DNA from: Macrostomum lignano
Lineage: Eukaryota
Assembly: GCA_002269645.1 (NCBI GenBank)
Contig: NIVC01002838.1
Location: 62,001 to 126,000 of the forward strand
Direction: 5' to 3'
Length of the DNA stretch: 64,000 bases
The notes below the pieces were generated by a model, which saw nothing but the letters and a program-made list of their open reading frames with translations, made no database searches and was not told the origin of the DNA. The position numbers and the translations under genes are program-made. Positions within the stretch are counted from its first letter, which is position 1. The number at the start of each line of letters is the position of its first letter. This document shows, piece after piece, positions 21,335 through 33,465 of the stretch.

Positions 21335-22000
21335 GCATCTCTGCCCACCTCACCCTATATCTGCTCACATCACTTGACCTCTGCTCACCTCATCTCACCT
21401 CTGCTCACCTCACCTCACCTCTGCCCACCTCACTTCATATCTGCTCACCTCACTTCACATCTGCTCACCTCACTTCACATCTGCTCACCTCACTTCACCT
21501 CTGCTCACCTCACTTCACATCTGCTCACCTCACTTCACATCTGCTCACCTCACTTCACATCTGCTCACCTCACTTCACATCTGCTCACCTCACCTCACCT
21601 CTGCCCACCTCACTTCATATCTGCTCACCTCACTTCATATCTGCTCACCTCACTTCACATCTGCTCACCTCACTTCACATCTGCTCACCTCACTTCACAT
21701 CTGCTCACCTCACCTCACCTCTGCTCACCTCACCTCTGCTCACCTCATCTCACCTCTGCTCACCTCACCTCATATCTGCTCACCTCACTTCACATCTGCT
21801 CACCTCACCTCACCTCACCTCATCTCACTTCACATCTGCTCACCTCACTTCACAGCTGCTCACCTCACCTCACCTCACCTCATCTCACCTCTTCTCACCT
21901 CACTTCACCTCTGCTCACCTCACCTCACCTCTTCTCACCTCACCTCTTCTAACCTCACCTCACATCTTCCCACCTCACTTCAGACTTGCTCACCTTGCCT
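21335..22000 (+). repeat. Minisatellite, 20-bp unit CTGCTCACCTCACTTCACAT
   Basis: About 30 copies between the convergent tubulin and PDE1 3' ends. Confidence 0.95.
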
Positions 22001-22629
22001 CTCTACTCGCATCTACTAACCTCGCTTCACATCTTTACTCACATCTCTACTCTGTGCTCATCTCACATAGTCTCTATTTTATCTTACTATTTATCTCACT
22101 ATTTATCTCCCTGACAGGGTTGCAGCTCATTAAACCAAGTTAACCATATCCAAGTTAGAAGTTTAACAATGCTCTTAATTAACGATAACTCATAAGAAAC
22201 CAAATATATAAAGTTTATATTTATATTTTTATTCAGCTCTCGTCAATAAATAAAAACAACGAAAAAAGGAAACACGAAAAATCTACGTTAAAAAGTTAAT
22301 TGAACAGGTATTTAAGAGGGAACAAGTTTGAGGGCATACACAGTTTAAAATAGCCATATAATAAATTTGGAGGCCCTGAAAAGTTTAATTAGTTCAAAAT
22401 GTACTTTAATTTAGTTTTAAACATTTTATTATTTGAAGCATGCCGCATCAGGAGCTGCGTCGATCTCATTTCGAAAAGCAAACAGAGGCAAAGGAAAAAA
22501 GACAGTGAGCAAACGAAATGTGTCATCATTATTCAAACGGGAACCAACGATTGAATGCAGAGAAAACAAGCTGCATCTTGCATTTGTGACCGAATTGGGG
22601 CTGCTTAAGTTTAATCGAGCTTAACCGGG

Positions 22630-22965
22630 AGCCAATGTACACTGAGGGGTGGTGGGGCAGGGGTTGAGTGAGGGCCAGTGTACACTGAGTGGTGGTGGGG
22701 CAGGGGTCGAGAGAGACCCAGTGTACACTGAGGAGTGGATGGGCAGGGGTTGAGAGAGAGCCAGTGTACACTGAGGAGTGGATGGGCAGGGGTTGAGAGA
22801 GAGCCAGTGTACACTGAGGAGTGGATGGACAGGGGTTGAGAGAGAGCCAGTGTACACTGAGGGGTGGATGGGCAGGGGTTGAGAGAGAGCCAGTGTGCAC
22901 TGAGGGGTGGTAGGGCAGGGGTTGAGAGGGAAAGAGAGCCAGTGTAAACTTGAGGGATTGGTGGG
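22630..22965 (+). repeat. Minisatellite, ~41-bp unit GAGAGAGAGCCAGTGTACACTGAGGAGTGGATGGGCAGGGGTT
   Basis: About 8 copies. Confidence 0.92.
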
Positions 22966-23454
22966 ACAAGGGCTGACGGAGAGCAAGATTGCATAAATTA
23001 TTCGCTAAACTTAACTGACTAAACCACAACAGAGAGAATTGATAAGTCAGAGCAATAAAGCCAAACGTCTCTCAATCAATAACTTGCAACACCTTTAAAG
23101 TGTCAGAAGGCGCAGAAAAGTTAAAGAACAAATAATAAAGTCATTGGTTATTTACTGTAATTAGCGCGCTTACAGAAAAATATTCAATAATAACTTTAGA
23201 GAAAAAAGAACCTTGGAGAGAAATCGCAGCTGTCAAGAGGATTAAGGTTAGGTTGATTTTTACTCGATTAATTCTATATTTTACAAGAAACAGTGCAATA
23301 ACATGTTGATATTAGGGGCAACGCAGACAAAGCACAGAACATAGAGACGTCATAATAATAGCCCGCGGTTTCTCAGATTAGAATGAAAAATACAATTCTG
23401 TCATACGCTTTGCAGAAGGTATATTTGAATACAAGCTTCCAGTGAGGCTCTGGC

Positions 23455-23603
23455 TCAGTGCTTGTCCTCTCTGATTGTGTCCAGTTGTCTGGACGAGCCA
23501 GGAGCTGTAGGTGGCTGCTGATTGCTTTGCTCGGCAGCCGCATCAGAGGACTTCTCACCGTCTGCGGCTGTCGACTCAACTGCGGCTGCTCGTTCGGCTT
23601 CTT
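23455..23603 (-). CDS. PDE1: PDE1 terminal exon (low-complexity C-terminus)
   Basis: Acceptor ctctccag|AA, phase 1. Reads EEAERAAAVESTAADGEKSSDAAAEQSNQQPPTAPGSSRQLDTIREDKH*. Confidence 0.75.
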
Positions 23604-24118
23604 CTGGAGAGTGGCAAGCAGTAAGTAGTATTGAAAAGTAGTAAAAACGCTAACACCGGCAGAATGAGGTGTGGGAAATGAGGTCAAGAGCAATTAGGCA
23701 GTGATTTTTTTATTTAAACGGTATTTTTAAGCTTACTAATATTAAATATACCATAAAATTTGATGACGTTTGTTATTATTTGTTAATTACCGACTTTCCG
23801 GAAAATTTAACACTTAGAATTACGGTATAATTAACAGAACTGATATTTAATAAAAATTGATATTTTAGTTGCATTATTGACTATATTGACTATTGTTATA
23901 ATTTCGCAAAGGGTCACTAAAATAACAAATTAAAATATCCATCGAACCTGTTGGTATAGTCGTACGTAAACTAAACTAAAATTTTATTTAAGCAAAAAAT
24001 ATTTTTTGTTTTGTAAAGCGAAAATTTTGCTGAGTAACTTGATAAAATTATATTAGCTGGGTAACTGAATTGATAATTATGCATAATTTAAATATCAACT
24101 AAATAAGCATTAACTCAC

Positions 24119-24232
24119 CGATATCAGCTTTCTCTTTCCACAGGGCCCGATTCGTCTTCAGGTGCTCGTTCCAGGGCCTGTGCAGAACAAAGGCTCCTTC
24201 GGCTGTGGGTTTTAAATTATCGGAAGGAAAAT
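24119..24232 (-). CDS. PDE1: PDE1 exon (end of catalytic domain)
   Basis: tacaatag|AT ... ATCG|gtgagt, phase 1-1. Reads FPSDNLKPTAEGAFVLHRPWNEHLKTNRALWKEKADI. Confidence 0.82.
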
Positions 24233-25190
24233 CTATTGTAGTCAAATAAAACAATTTTCTGATGCAAAACTTTCAGGTAATAAAACACGTGCTTAAAAGT
24301 TTCAAACAACAAATCAATAACTTCTTTAGACCTCTTCACTTGCAACCATTACAACGAAAAACATAAAGTGCCGTAAATTACTGGTGCAGAGTAAAACAAA
24401 AAATACTTCAATACTCCAACGCGTGTGCCAATTAACACTCCTCAGTCGTCTTTTCTTTGCATTACCTTGCCACTTTCTAAGCGGTTTTGTTGCGTTAGCG
24501 GCTAAATTGTGAGGAGAGATGGGCGAGTTTATATAGAAATTTTTATAAACTGATTAAGTCAATTAACTACAATATTTTTATACAATTTCAGTTGAAATAT
24601 TAAAAGAGAAATACCTAAATAAGTACGGAATATACACGTAGCTTTCTTTAGTTAAATCGAGTTAAAGTTCAAGTTAAATTAAGCACAAAATAAGACTTAA
24701 GACAGCTTAGAGTAAAAAAACAGGGCACTTGAGAGGGTAGCTTGAGACGACGAGCAAAATTGCGGGAGTGTGATGGCATGGGTAGTTCCGGTCCACCGAC
24801 CAATTAGATTCAAGCTAGGGTTAGGGAGTCCGATGGGTAGTTCCACCGACCAATTAGCTTCAAGCTAAGGGTTAGGGAGTCCGATGGGGTAGTTCCACCG
24901 ACCAATGAACTTCAAGCTACATGTAGGGTTAGAAACGGACATGAGCAGTTCCATTTTTCAAGCCATTAGAATTAGAGCTTGGATAAATTAGATGGTTAGC
25001 ATTGTCAACAAATTAGATTAACGGGCAAGATTTTTGTTGCATTTATAACACGCTGAATAACTCAGTCGAATCATCCTCATTACCGGAACTCCACATGCCA
25101 ACTGAAATAAAGTGGCAGAAAAATCCACACTTGTCACAAGTCACAAAAATGAAAACTATTATGAATGGCAGCGTGGATCTCCAATCTTAC

Positions 25191-25316
25191 CTCCGCCCTC
25201 ATCGACCGGGTTTCGAGTCCCGTGCTGTCTCTGCTGTTCGAATAGCGGCATCAGAATCTTTTCGAGCATGTCGCCGAGAACTCCAAAGCTGGGCTCCATG
25301 ATGAAGTCGATGAAAC
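25191..25316 (-). CDS. PDE1: PDE1 catalytic exon
   Basis: GFIDFIMEPSFGVLGDMLEKILMPLFEQ. Splice sites ttcag|GT and GGAG|gtaaga. Confidence 0.93.
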
Positions 25317-25411
25317 CTGAATCGGATTAGTTAACATGCCAGAGTATGGGCGCATGATCGGAGGGCGTGTTACGTGCCATAGGTAATAAATGTGTATTCC
25401 TGAAAACTTAC

Positions 25412-25493
25412 CAACTTGTGACTGTGCCACCATGGTGGTGCTCCGGTCGCACAGCGGGGAGCACGGCAGGTCCAGCGCCTTCTCTCGGTCCCC
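25412..25493 (-). CDS. PDE1: PDE1 catalytic exon (invariant Gln)
   Basis: GDREKALDLPCSPLCDRSTTMVAQSQV. Donor G|gtaagt. Confidence 0.94.
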
Positions 25494-25539
25494 CTGAGTT
25501 CATGGCATTGATGAATGAAATGATTATAAGATCATTGAT

Positions 25540-25800
25540 AAATTTTCAAGATTGATGAATCGATAAAATTGATGTATTAATAAGATTGATGAAATATTGA
25601 TGGATTGATAAGATTGGTAAGATTGATATATTGATAAGATTGATGAAATCGATAGATTGATAGATTGATAAGATTGATAAAATTAATATATTGATAAAAT
25701 TGATGAATTGATAAGGCTGATAATATTAGCAAGATTGATAAGTGATTCATCGATTAAAATTGCAGCTTATAAGACTCTTCGATCGATAAGATAGCTTGAT
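25540..25800 (+). repeat. Degenerate short repeat (GATAAGATTGAT)
   Basis: Imperfect tandem units in a PDE1 intron. Confidence 0.75.
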
Positions 25801-25835
25801 TGACAAGAGAATTGGTTAATCAGAGGATTACAAAC

Positions 25836-25956
25836 CTGTCTGAAAAATTCCTCCAGCAGCGACATGGTCCATCTTTGGTGCAGGTCGAACCGCTTTCCGG
25901 GATGGCTGATGTCGGCGCAGTGCAGCATAAGGGCCAGCGCCTTCTCCTTGTCGATG
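25836..25956 (-). CDS. PDE1: PDE1 catalytic exon
   Basis: IDKEKALALMLHCADISHPGKRFDLHQRWTMSLLEEFFRQ, with canonical splice sites. Confidence 0.95.
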
Positions 25957-28150
25957 CTGACATTGTGTTAGTGAGAGGGAGGGATATATAGGGAGATTGA
26001 GATTCTGCCACACAATATTCATTCACTCATTTTGATTGAGCAACATAGAATCAAACAAACTTTCCCTTCTATTTTAATTCACGAAAGTTTACACTACTAA
26101 CTAGCTAGAAGAGTAGTATAGAGCATGATAGTGGCTATTCGTACGGTTAGTCTTTGAAACCAGAAATTCAGATTAAAAACTATTTTTGAATGTTAAAAAT
26201 ATTTTGCAAAACTAGGAAAATTTTGGCGTGAAAAACTATAACTTTTAGACTTAAATAATTTCCACAAAAGTTTGTTTTAACCCAACCGTTTTTAAACTAA
26301 AGCAATGAAGCTGGGACCACTTAAACGAATAACCGCTATGAGAAAGCATCTTTTAAAAAAGTTTTTGCGATGTTTTGATAAAACGAAAACTAATTTGCAC
26401 TTTTATTGAAATTAATTTGATTAAAAAATTGAGATTTTATCATTGTTTTGCACTAAATACTAATTGTTAGTCGAAGTAGTAGTAAATTACATTTCAAGTT
26501 GATTGGTACAAAAAAGTACACTCAAAATTTGGATGTAAAAATGTAACAAGAAAAAGGTGAAAGAATGAGGCTAGACTAACTTTTCTCCTATAATAAAATA
26601 GAAAAGACCCAGAGTGTGCTAGTAGGCCCTCAATAAATTAGTAGGATTGATCAGGCTGAGAAGACAGAAAATAATTTACAAGAGTGCAACTAATTTACAG
26701 GCTATCTATTAGAGTTTTTATTCATTGAAATTCTAAAATTTAGTTTACTAATATTTTTTTATTTAATGCATTACTTTGTATATCGATATAAAAAATTCAT
26801 TTTTTGTTATTTATGATTTCTAATTTGCAATTCCGTTTTTTTCGAACGAATTCTGTTTAACAGTAAATTATAGTGAAATTTTGTAAGTGCACAAACGAAA
26901 ACAAATTAAAATCGAGCAGCCAATTGATTACTAATGATTAGTTGTACAATATTAGTTAGTGCCATGAGTGTGTAAATTATGATTTATCTATTATAACAAA
27001 GCTATAAAAAATTTCTCAGCTTGCCCGCAAGGGAAGGCGGTGAGAACTGTTCGCCTGGGTCTGGACTCATTGCTGCCATTGCCGAAAAACAGCCACTCTT
27101 GGTCTGGCGCCCTAAATTTGTTATAACGAAAAAAAACGTAGTAATCCGGAAATTTTATTGGCATGCGAACCCCAATCCACGCAAAATTTAAAAACGTGCA
27201 AATCCAATGCATAACCGCCATTAGTTTAAGCAAAATCTTTTCAGAGCAGTACTTCTAAAAATAAAACTTGCATTCCAAACAAGCTGTTAGCAATTTTTTG
27301 GTTTAAATATACGTGTATAATACTGTATATAAGTGTTTATACGTACAAACAAATGTGCTAGAAATGTTCTGTTCATTTAACAGTAAAAAATGGAGTGCAT
27401 TCGGCTAGCGAACAGTTGTCAGTCATAGTTAGTGGTTCCAATTGGAACAGTCCATGCCGTTGACTAAAAATCAAGACTCTCGTAAAAACAACTGGTTAAA
27501 ATGTAATTTTTGTCGATCGATTTAAAACCCGCGTAATTTTTTTCTGTATAAAATATTTATAAATTCAAATAACTGATTATATGAGCTCACATTATACTTC
27601 TTGCCAAAAATGATACAATATGACTTAGGGGTCAGGAAAGTCACTAGAGAGGCAGATGAGTAACCTGAGAGTCTGATGAGTCACTGGAGGGTCAAATGAC
27701 TAACAGATGAGTCAGCTGCATTTCAAGGGTCAGAAAAGTCATTTGAGGATGGGATAAGGCACTTGAATGTTTTGCTCATTACCGCATAAAATAACTAAAC
27801 TCTCTCCGATATGCGCTCGTATACTCGTTTCCAGAAAATGCGGATAAAACCGTAACGGAAACATAAAACCATGCATTAGTCAGCAATAAACAACAAAACA
27901 GCTTGGAGCAATCTTATTCAGACCGTGTTGCGTTGCAGTTGAAGGCTGGCGCAGAGTGAGCTGGTGATGATTCTGGCTGCTGCTGATGAAGCCTTGAGTA
28001 TTCATAATAATCTGACACTTTATACACTTTACACTATGCACTTTATTATTGATAAAATTATCGCTGAAAATACTATCAACAGTTAGAATAAACAATTTAT
28101 AATTTATAATACAAACAAATAAACAATTAGAATAAATTTAATTTACTCAC

Positions 28151-28252
28151 TTTTCCGGCATGCTGAGCAGCTGTTTCATGTTCTTGATCTGCTGGAAGTG
28201 CAGGCTCATGTCAGTGTTCAGCACCATGTCAATGACGAGGGCGCGGAACTCC
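28151..28252 (-). CDS. PDE1: PDE1 catalytic exon
   Basis: EFRALVIDMVLNTDMSLHFQQIKNMKQLLSMPE, phase 2-2. Confidence 0.94.
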
Positions 28253-28309
28253 CTGCGTGCCAAGAGTGAAGACAAGATTTGTCTGAGATGTTCTGGGATG
28301 TTAAACAGA

Positions 28310-29180
28310 ACCCTGATCTGTTAGACAGAACCCTGATCTGTTAGACAGAACCCTATTCTGTTAGACAGAACTCTATAATCTGTTAGACAGAACCCTGATT
28401 TTTTAGACAGAACCCTGATCTGTTAGACAGAACCCTGATTTTTTAGACAGAACCCTGATCTGTTAGACAGAACCCCGATCTGTTAGACAGAACCCTGATC
28501 TGTTAGACAGAACCCTATTCTGTTAGACAGAACTCTATAATCTGTTAGACAGAACCCTGATCTGTTAGACAGAACCCTATTCTGTTAGACAGAACTCTAT
28601 AATCTGTTAGACAGAACCCTGATCTGTTAGACAGAACCCTATTCTGTTAGACAGAACTCTATAATCTGTTAGACAGAACCCTGATCTGTTAGACAGAACC
28701 CTATTCTGTTAGACAGAACTCTATAATCTGTTAGACAGAACCCTGATTTTTTAGACAGAACCCTGATCTGTTAGACAGAACCCCGATCTGTTAGACAGAA
28801 CCCTGATCTGTTAGACAGAACCCTGATCTGTTAGACAGAACCCTAATCTGTTAGACAGAACCCCGATCTGTTAGACAGAACCCTGATCTGTTAGACAGAA
28901 CCCTAATCTGTTAGACAGAACCCTGATCTGTTAGACAGAACCCTGATCTGTTAGACAGAACCCCGATCTGTTAGACAGAACCCCGATCTGTTAGACAGAA
29001 CCCTGATCTGTTAGACAGAACCCTGATCTGTTAGACAGAACCCTGATCTGTTAGACAGAACCCTGATCTGTTAGACAGAACCCTGATCTGTTAGACAGAA
29101 CCCTGATCTGTTAGACAGAACCCTGATCTGTAAGACAGAACCCCGATCTGTTAGACAGAACCCTGATCTGTTAGACATAA
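28310..29180 (+). repeat. Intronic minisatellite, 20-bp unit CTGTTAGACAGAACCCTGAT
   Basis: About 42 copies. Confidence 0.97.
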
Positions 29181-29266
29181 CAGTATACTGTTAGACAAGA
29201 TCCCTAATCCGTCAAACTATAAGTACGCTCGTAGATGAAGCTCAAGCCTTCCAAGCAGCCTCTCAC

Positions 29267-29493
29267 TTGTACTCCTCTCTAGACAGGCCGCTGATGATGT
29301 TGAACTCGTCCAGCTTCATGAGCCTGAAGACGGCGCTGGCGTGGTGATTCTCCAGCACGCCTTTGTCATTGTACAGCAGGGCGAGCTCTGAGGCGGTGTT
29401 CACGTGAAAGTTATTGGTGGTTCCCGTGTGCTCGTAGTCGTGAATGATGGCGGCGAAAATGGTAGCGAAGATCTCCAGGTCTGTCAGCCAGTT
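29267..29493 (-). CDS. PDE1: PDE1 catalytic exon (HD metal-binding motif)
   Basis: NWLTDLEIFATIFAAIIHDYEHTGTTNNFHVNTASELALLYNDKGVLENHH, the class I PDE signature in its PDE1-type form. Confidence 0.96.
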
Positions 29494-29789
29494 CTGTTGG
29501 ATCAAAGTGAGTTTTTGTGGTAATTAATGTCAGATTTTTTAGTTTACAGCGCCACACTAATATATTTATAGGTTTTTAGCGTATGAATAAATGTGACAAG
29601 CTGGTTATCAAACTGATCACAAGGACAAAAAGTTTTCTGCTAAAGATGTTAAACAATAGGTCAATCTGAATGATTTCTTTGTCAAATGAATTTAAGACTG
29701 CTGTCCTGATGGTTGAACAAATTTTCAAATTTTAACAATCAATTATTGTTGGTATAGACTAACGAACGAGAATTTGACGAAAGAGATGA

Positions 29790-30785
29790 AAGGGGATGAC
29801 AATAAATTAGAGCAGATGGCTGTAGATGAGAGGAGAGATCAGAAGGGATGAGATGAGATAAGATAAAAGTAGATGAGAGGAGATGGGGAAGGTGGGGGAG
29901 ACGAGGGGAGATGAAAGGAGATGAGGGGAGATTAAAATAAGATAAAAGAAGATGAGAGGAAGAGAAGAGAAAAAGAGATGAGAGAAGAAGACATGAGATG
30001 AGATGAGAGGAGATGACAGGAGAAGAGATAATGTGAGAGGAGATAAGAGGAGATGAGAGGAGATGAGTGGAGATGACAGGAGGAGATGAGAGGAGATGAG
30101 AGGAGATGAGAGGAGATGAGTGGAAATAAGAGGAGATGAGGGGAGATGAGAGGAGATGAGTGGAGATGACAGGAGGAGATGAGAGGAAATGAGAGGAGAT
30201 GAGAGGATATGAGTGGGGATGAGAGGAGATGAGGGGAGATGAAAGGAGATGAGAGGAGATGAGAGGATATGAGTGGGGATGAGAGGAGATGAGGGGAGAT
30301 GAAAGGAGATGAGAGGAGATGAGAGGATATGAGTGGGGATGAGAGGAGATGAGGGGAGATGAAAGGAGATGAGTGGGGATGAGAGGAGATGAGAGGAGAT
30401 GAGAGGATATGAGTGGGGATGAGAGGAGATGAGGGGAGATGAAAGGAGATGAGTGGGGATGAGAGGAGATGAGAGGAGATGAGAGGATATGAGTGGGGAT
30501 GAGAGGAGATGAGGGGAGATGAAAGGAGATGAGTGGGGATGAGAGGAGATGAGAGGAGATGAGTGGGGATGAGAGGAGATGAGGGGAGATGACAGGAGAT
30601 GAGTGGAGATGAGAGGAAATGAGGGGAGATAAGGGGAGATGAGAGGAAATGAGAGGAGATGAGTGGAGATGAGTGGAGATGAGGGGAGATGAGTGGAGAT
30701 GAGAGGAAATGAGGGGAGATGAGGGGAGATGAGAGGAGATGAGTGGAGATGAGTGGAGATGAGGGGAGATGAGTGGAGATGAGAG
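29790..30785 (+). repeat. Purine-rich 10-bp repeat (GATGAGAGGA)n
   Basis: Long imperfect tandem array. Source of the S/L/H/P-rich minus-strand ORFs. Confidence 0.95.
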
Positions 30786-31319
30786 AAGGGAACGCAGAAG
30801 ATAAAACGCCAGATGAAGAGGAGATCCAAGAGAAAAACTGCAGCCCAGAGAGGACGGCCTTCCCAGGAACGCAGCCCGACCCATCCGCATCAGCGAAGTC
30901 GGACATGCGATCCGCCGCTGTTAACAGCTCATCGCAGCTTCTCCAGCCTCCCTCCCGCCTCATCTCCGCTAAAATCTGTGGCGGCGCAGCGCAGCGTGAA
31001 GCGAAGCTCCATCATCAAAGAGGCTGCGAGCGAAATGCAATCTGCATGAATTTCTCATCAATCTACCTGACACTCTTAAATTGCATTCAGGGTTGCTGGG
31101 CTAGCAAAGCCGCTCATTTTTTGGCGTCAGACCTCCCGGCCCGAATAATGAGTTTTCCGAGTTTCGGATTTTTTGGCTATTAGGCTCTTCTCGAGTTTCT
31201 GATTAAGTCTGTTGACTCTCGGCTGGAAACTGAAAATTACAGCGGCTAAGCGTTTCGGTGTCCATTTCATCAACTTGCAATTTTCGTAATCTGTCCTTCT
31301 TCCAGATTTTCACTCTTCC

Positions 31320-32125
31320 ATATTGTCACTCTTCCATATTGTCACTCTTCCATATTGTCACTCTTCCATATTGTCACTCTTCCATATTGTCACTCTCCCA
31401 TATTGTCACAGCTCCATATTGTCACAGCTCCATATTGTCACTCTCCCATATTGTCACAGCTCCATATTGTCACAGCTCCATATTGTCACAGCTCCATATT
31501 GTCACAGCTCCATATTGTCACAGCTCCATATTGTCACAGCTCCATATTGTCACAGCTCCATATTGTCACAGCTCCATATTGTCACAGCTCCATATTGTCA
31601 CAGCTTCATATTGTCACAGCTCCATATTGTCACAGCTCCATATTGTCACAGCTCCATATTGTCACAGCTCCATATTGTCACAGCTCCATATTGTCACAGC
31701 TCCATATTGTCACAGCTCCATATTGTCACAGCTCCATATTGTCACAGCTCCATATTGTCACAGCTCCATATTGTCACAGCTCCATATTGTCACAGCTCCA
31801 TATTGTCACAGCTCCATATTGTCACAGCTCCATATTGTCACAGCTCCATATTGTCACAGCTCCATATTGTCACAGCTCCATATTGTCACTCTTCCATATT
31901 GTCCCAGCTCCATATTGTCACAGCTCCATATTGTCACAGCTTCATATTGTCACAGCTCCATATTGTCACAGCTCCATATTGTCACAGCTCCATATTGTCA
32001 CAGCTCCATATTGTCACAGCTCCATATTGTCACAGCTCCATATTGTCACAGCTCCATATTGTCACAGCTCCATATTGTCACAGCTCCATATTGTCACTCT
32101 TCCATATTGTCACAGCTCCATATTA
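31320..32125 (+). repeat. Intronic minisatellite, 16-bp unit TTGTCACAGCTCCATA
   Basis: About 50 near-identical copies next to the exon donor. Confidence 0.97.
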
Positions 32126-32144
32126 CTCCACAGCATCAACTCAC

Positions 32145-32285
32145 CACCAGCTTGGAGGAGCTCATGATGAAGTGGCAGGTCTGGGCCACATCCGCCCCGT
32201 GGACCAGGTTGTGGTACGGGTTGCTAAACCTGCTGTAGCCTTCCTCGCATTTGGTGAGGAAATTTTCCAACACGTTTGTGTTGAT
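32145..32285 (-). CDS. PDE1: PDE1 catalytic exon (YHN..H motif)
   Basis: INTNVLENFLTKCEEGYSRFSNPYHNLVHGADVAQTCHFIMSSSKLV, phase 0-0. Confidence 0.95.
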
Positions 32286-32339
32286 CTGCGGGTTTTATAG
32301 ATAAATTTGTAGCTTTTAGAGTGTGAAAGTGGGAAAGAA

Positions 32340-33085
32340 TGATCTTGAAAGAGTGACAAATTGACCATGAGAGAGTGATCTAGTGGCGGAATGACCATGA
32401 GAGAGTGACAAAGAGACGGAATGACCATGAGAGAGTGAGAAAGTGACGGAGTGACCATGAGAGAGTGACAAAGAGACAGAGTGACCATGAGAGAGTGACA
32501 AAGTTACGGAGTGATGAGAGAGTGACAAAGTGAAGGAGTGACCATGAGAGAGTGACAAAGTGAAGGAGTGACCATGAAAGAGTGACAAAGTGAAGGAGTG
32601 ACCATGAGAGAGTGACAAAGTGAAAGAGTGATCAAGAGAGAGTGACAAAGTTACGGAGTGACCATGAGAGAGTGACAAAGTTACGGAGTGACCATGAGAG
32701 AGTGAAAAAGTGACGGAGTGACCATGAGAGAGTGACCATGAGAGAGTGACAAAGTTACGGAGTGATGAGAGAGTGACAAAGTGAAGGGGTGACCATGAGA
32801 GAGTGACAAAGTGAAGGAGTGACCATGAAAGAGTGACAAAGTGAAGGAGTGACCATGAGAGAGTGACAAAGTTACGGAGTGACCATGAGAGAGTGACAAA
32901 GTTACGGAGTGACCATGAGAGAGTGACAAAGTGACGGAGTGACCATGAGAGAGTGACAAAGTGACGGAGTGACCATGAGAGAGTGACAAAGAGACGGAGT
33001 GACCATGAGAGAGTGACAAAGTTACGGAGTGACCATGAGAGTGTGACAAAGTTACGGAGTGACCATGAGAGTGTGACAAAGTGAC
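32340..33085 (+). repeat. Intronic minisatellite, 30-bp unit GAGTGACCATGAGAGAGTGACAAAGTGACG
   Basis: About 24 copies. Confidence 0.95.
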
Positions 33086-33174
33086 TGAGTGATGGTTAGA
33101 AAGTAAAAAGTAATAAATTCAAGGCTATAAAGAAGGAGGATAACTTTCTTCACAGATTTATCGAGTCAGCTCAC

Positions 33175-33294
33175 CTTGAACTTGTTAATAAGGTCGTATT
33201 TATGCAGCAACTCGAAACCAACAAACTTAAGAGCATGATTGTCCGAGGCCTCATTGAGCTCAAAAATATTGAAGCACCAATCGTCCAAACCGGC
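33175..33294 (-). CDS. PDE1: PDE1 exon (start of catalytic domain)
   Basis: AGLDDWCFNIFELNEASDNHALKFVGFELLHKYDLINKFK. Confidence 0.94.
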
Positions 33295-33398
33295 CTAAAA
33301 AAAGGTAGCGGATGAAGTAGTGCTAAAAATCATTGTTTTTTTTTAAATTGACATGTTAATGTAGTTAATAATAGACAGCTGTTTTTAGATTGCTGTAC

Positions 33399-33465
33399 CT
33401 TCAACAGCACGAGGACATTTTGCGGCACGTTGATGTTGCTTGAGCTTGACAGTCTGCGGTAGATT
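33399..33465 (-). CDS. PDE1: PDE1 exon
   Basis: IYRRLSSSSNINVPQNVLVLLK, phase 2-0, with canonical sites. Confidence 0.88.

Noticed and set aside
26991-27233. 80-aa ORF with a hydrophobic N-terminus as a possible neuropeptide precursor
   Set aside because: There are no Gly-Lys/Arg amidation and cleavage repeats, and the 5' half looks intronic. Only the 3' part is kept as an exon candidate.
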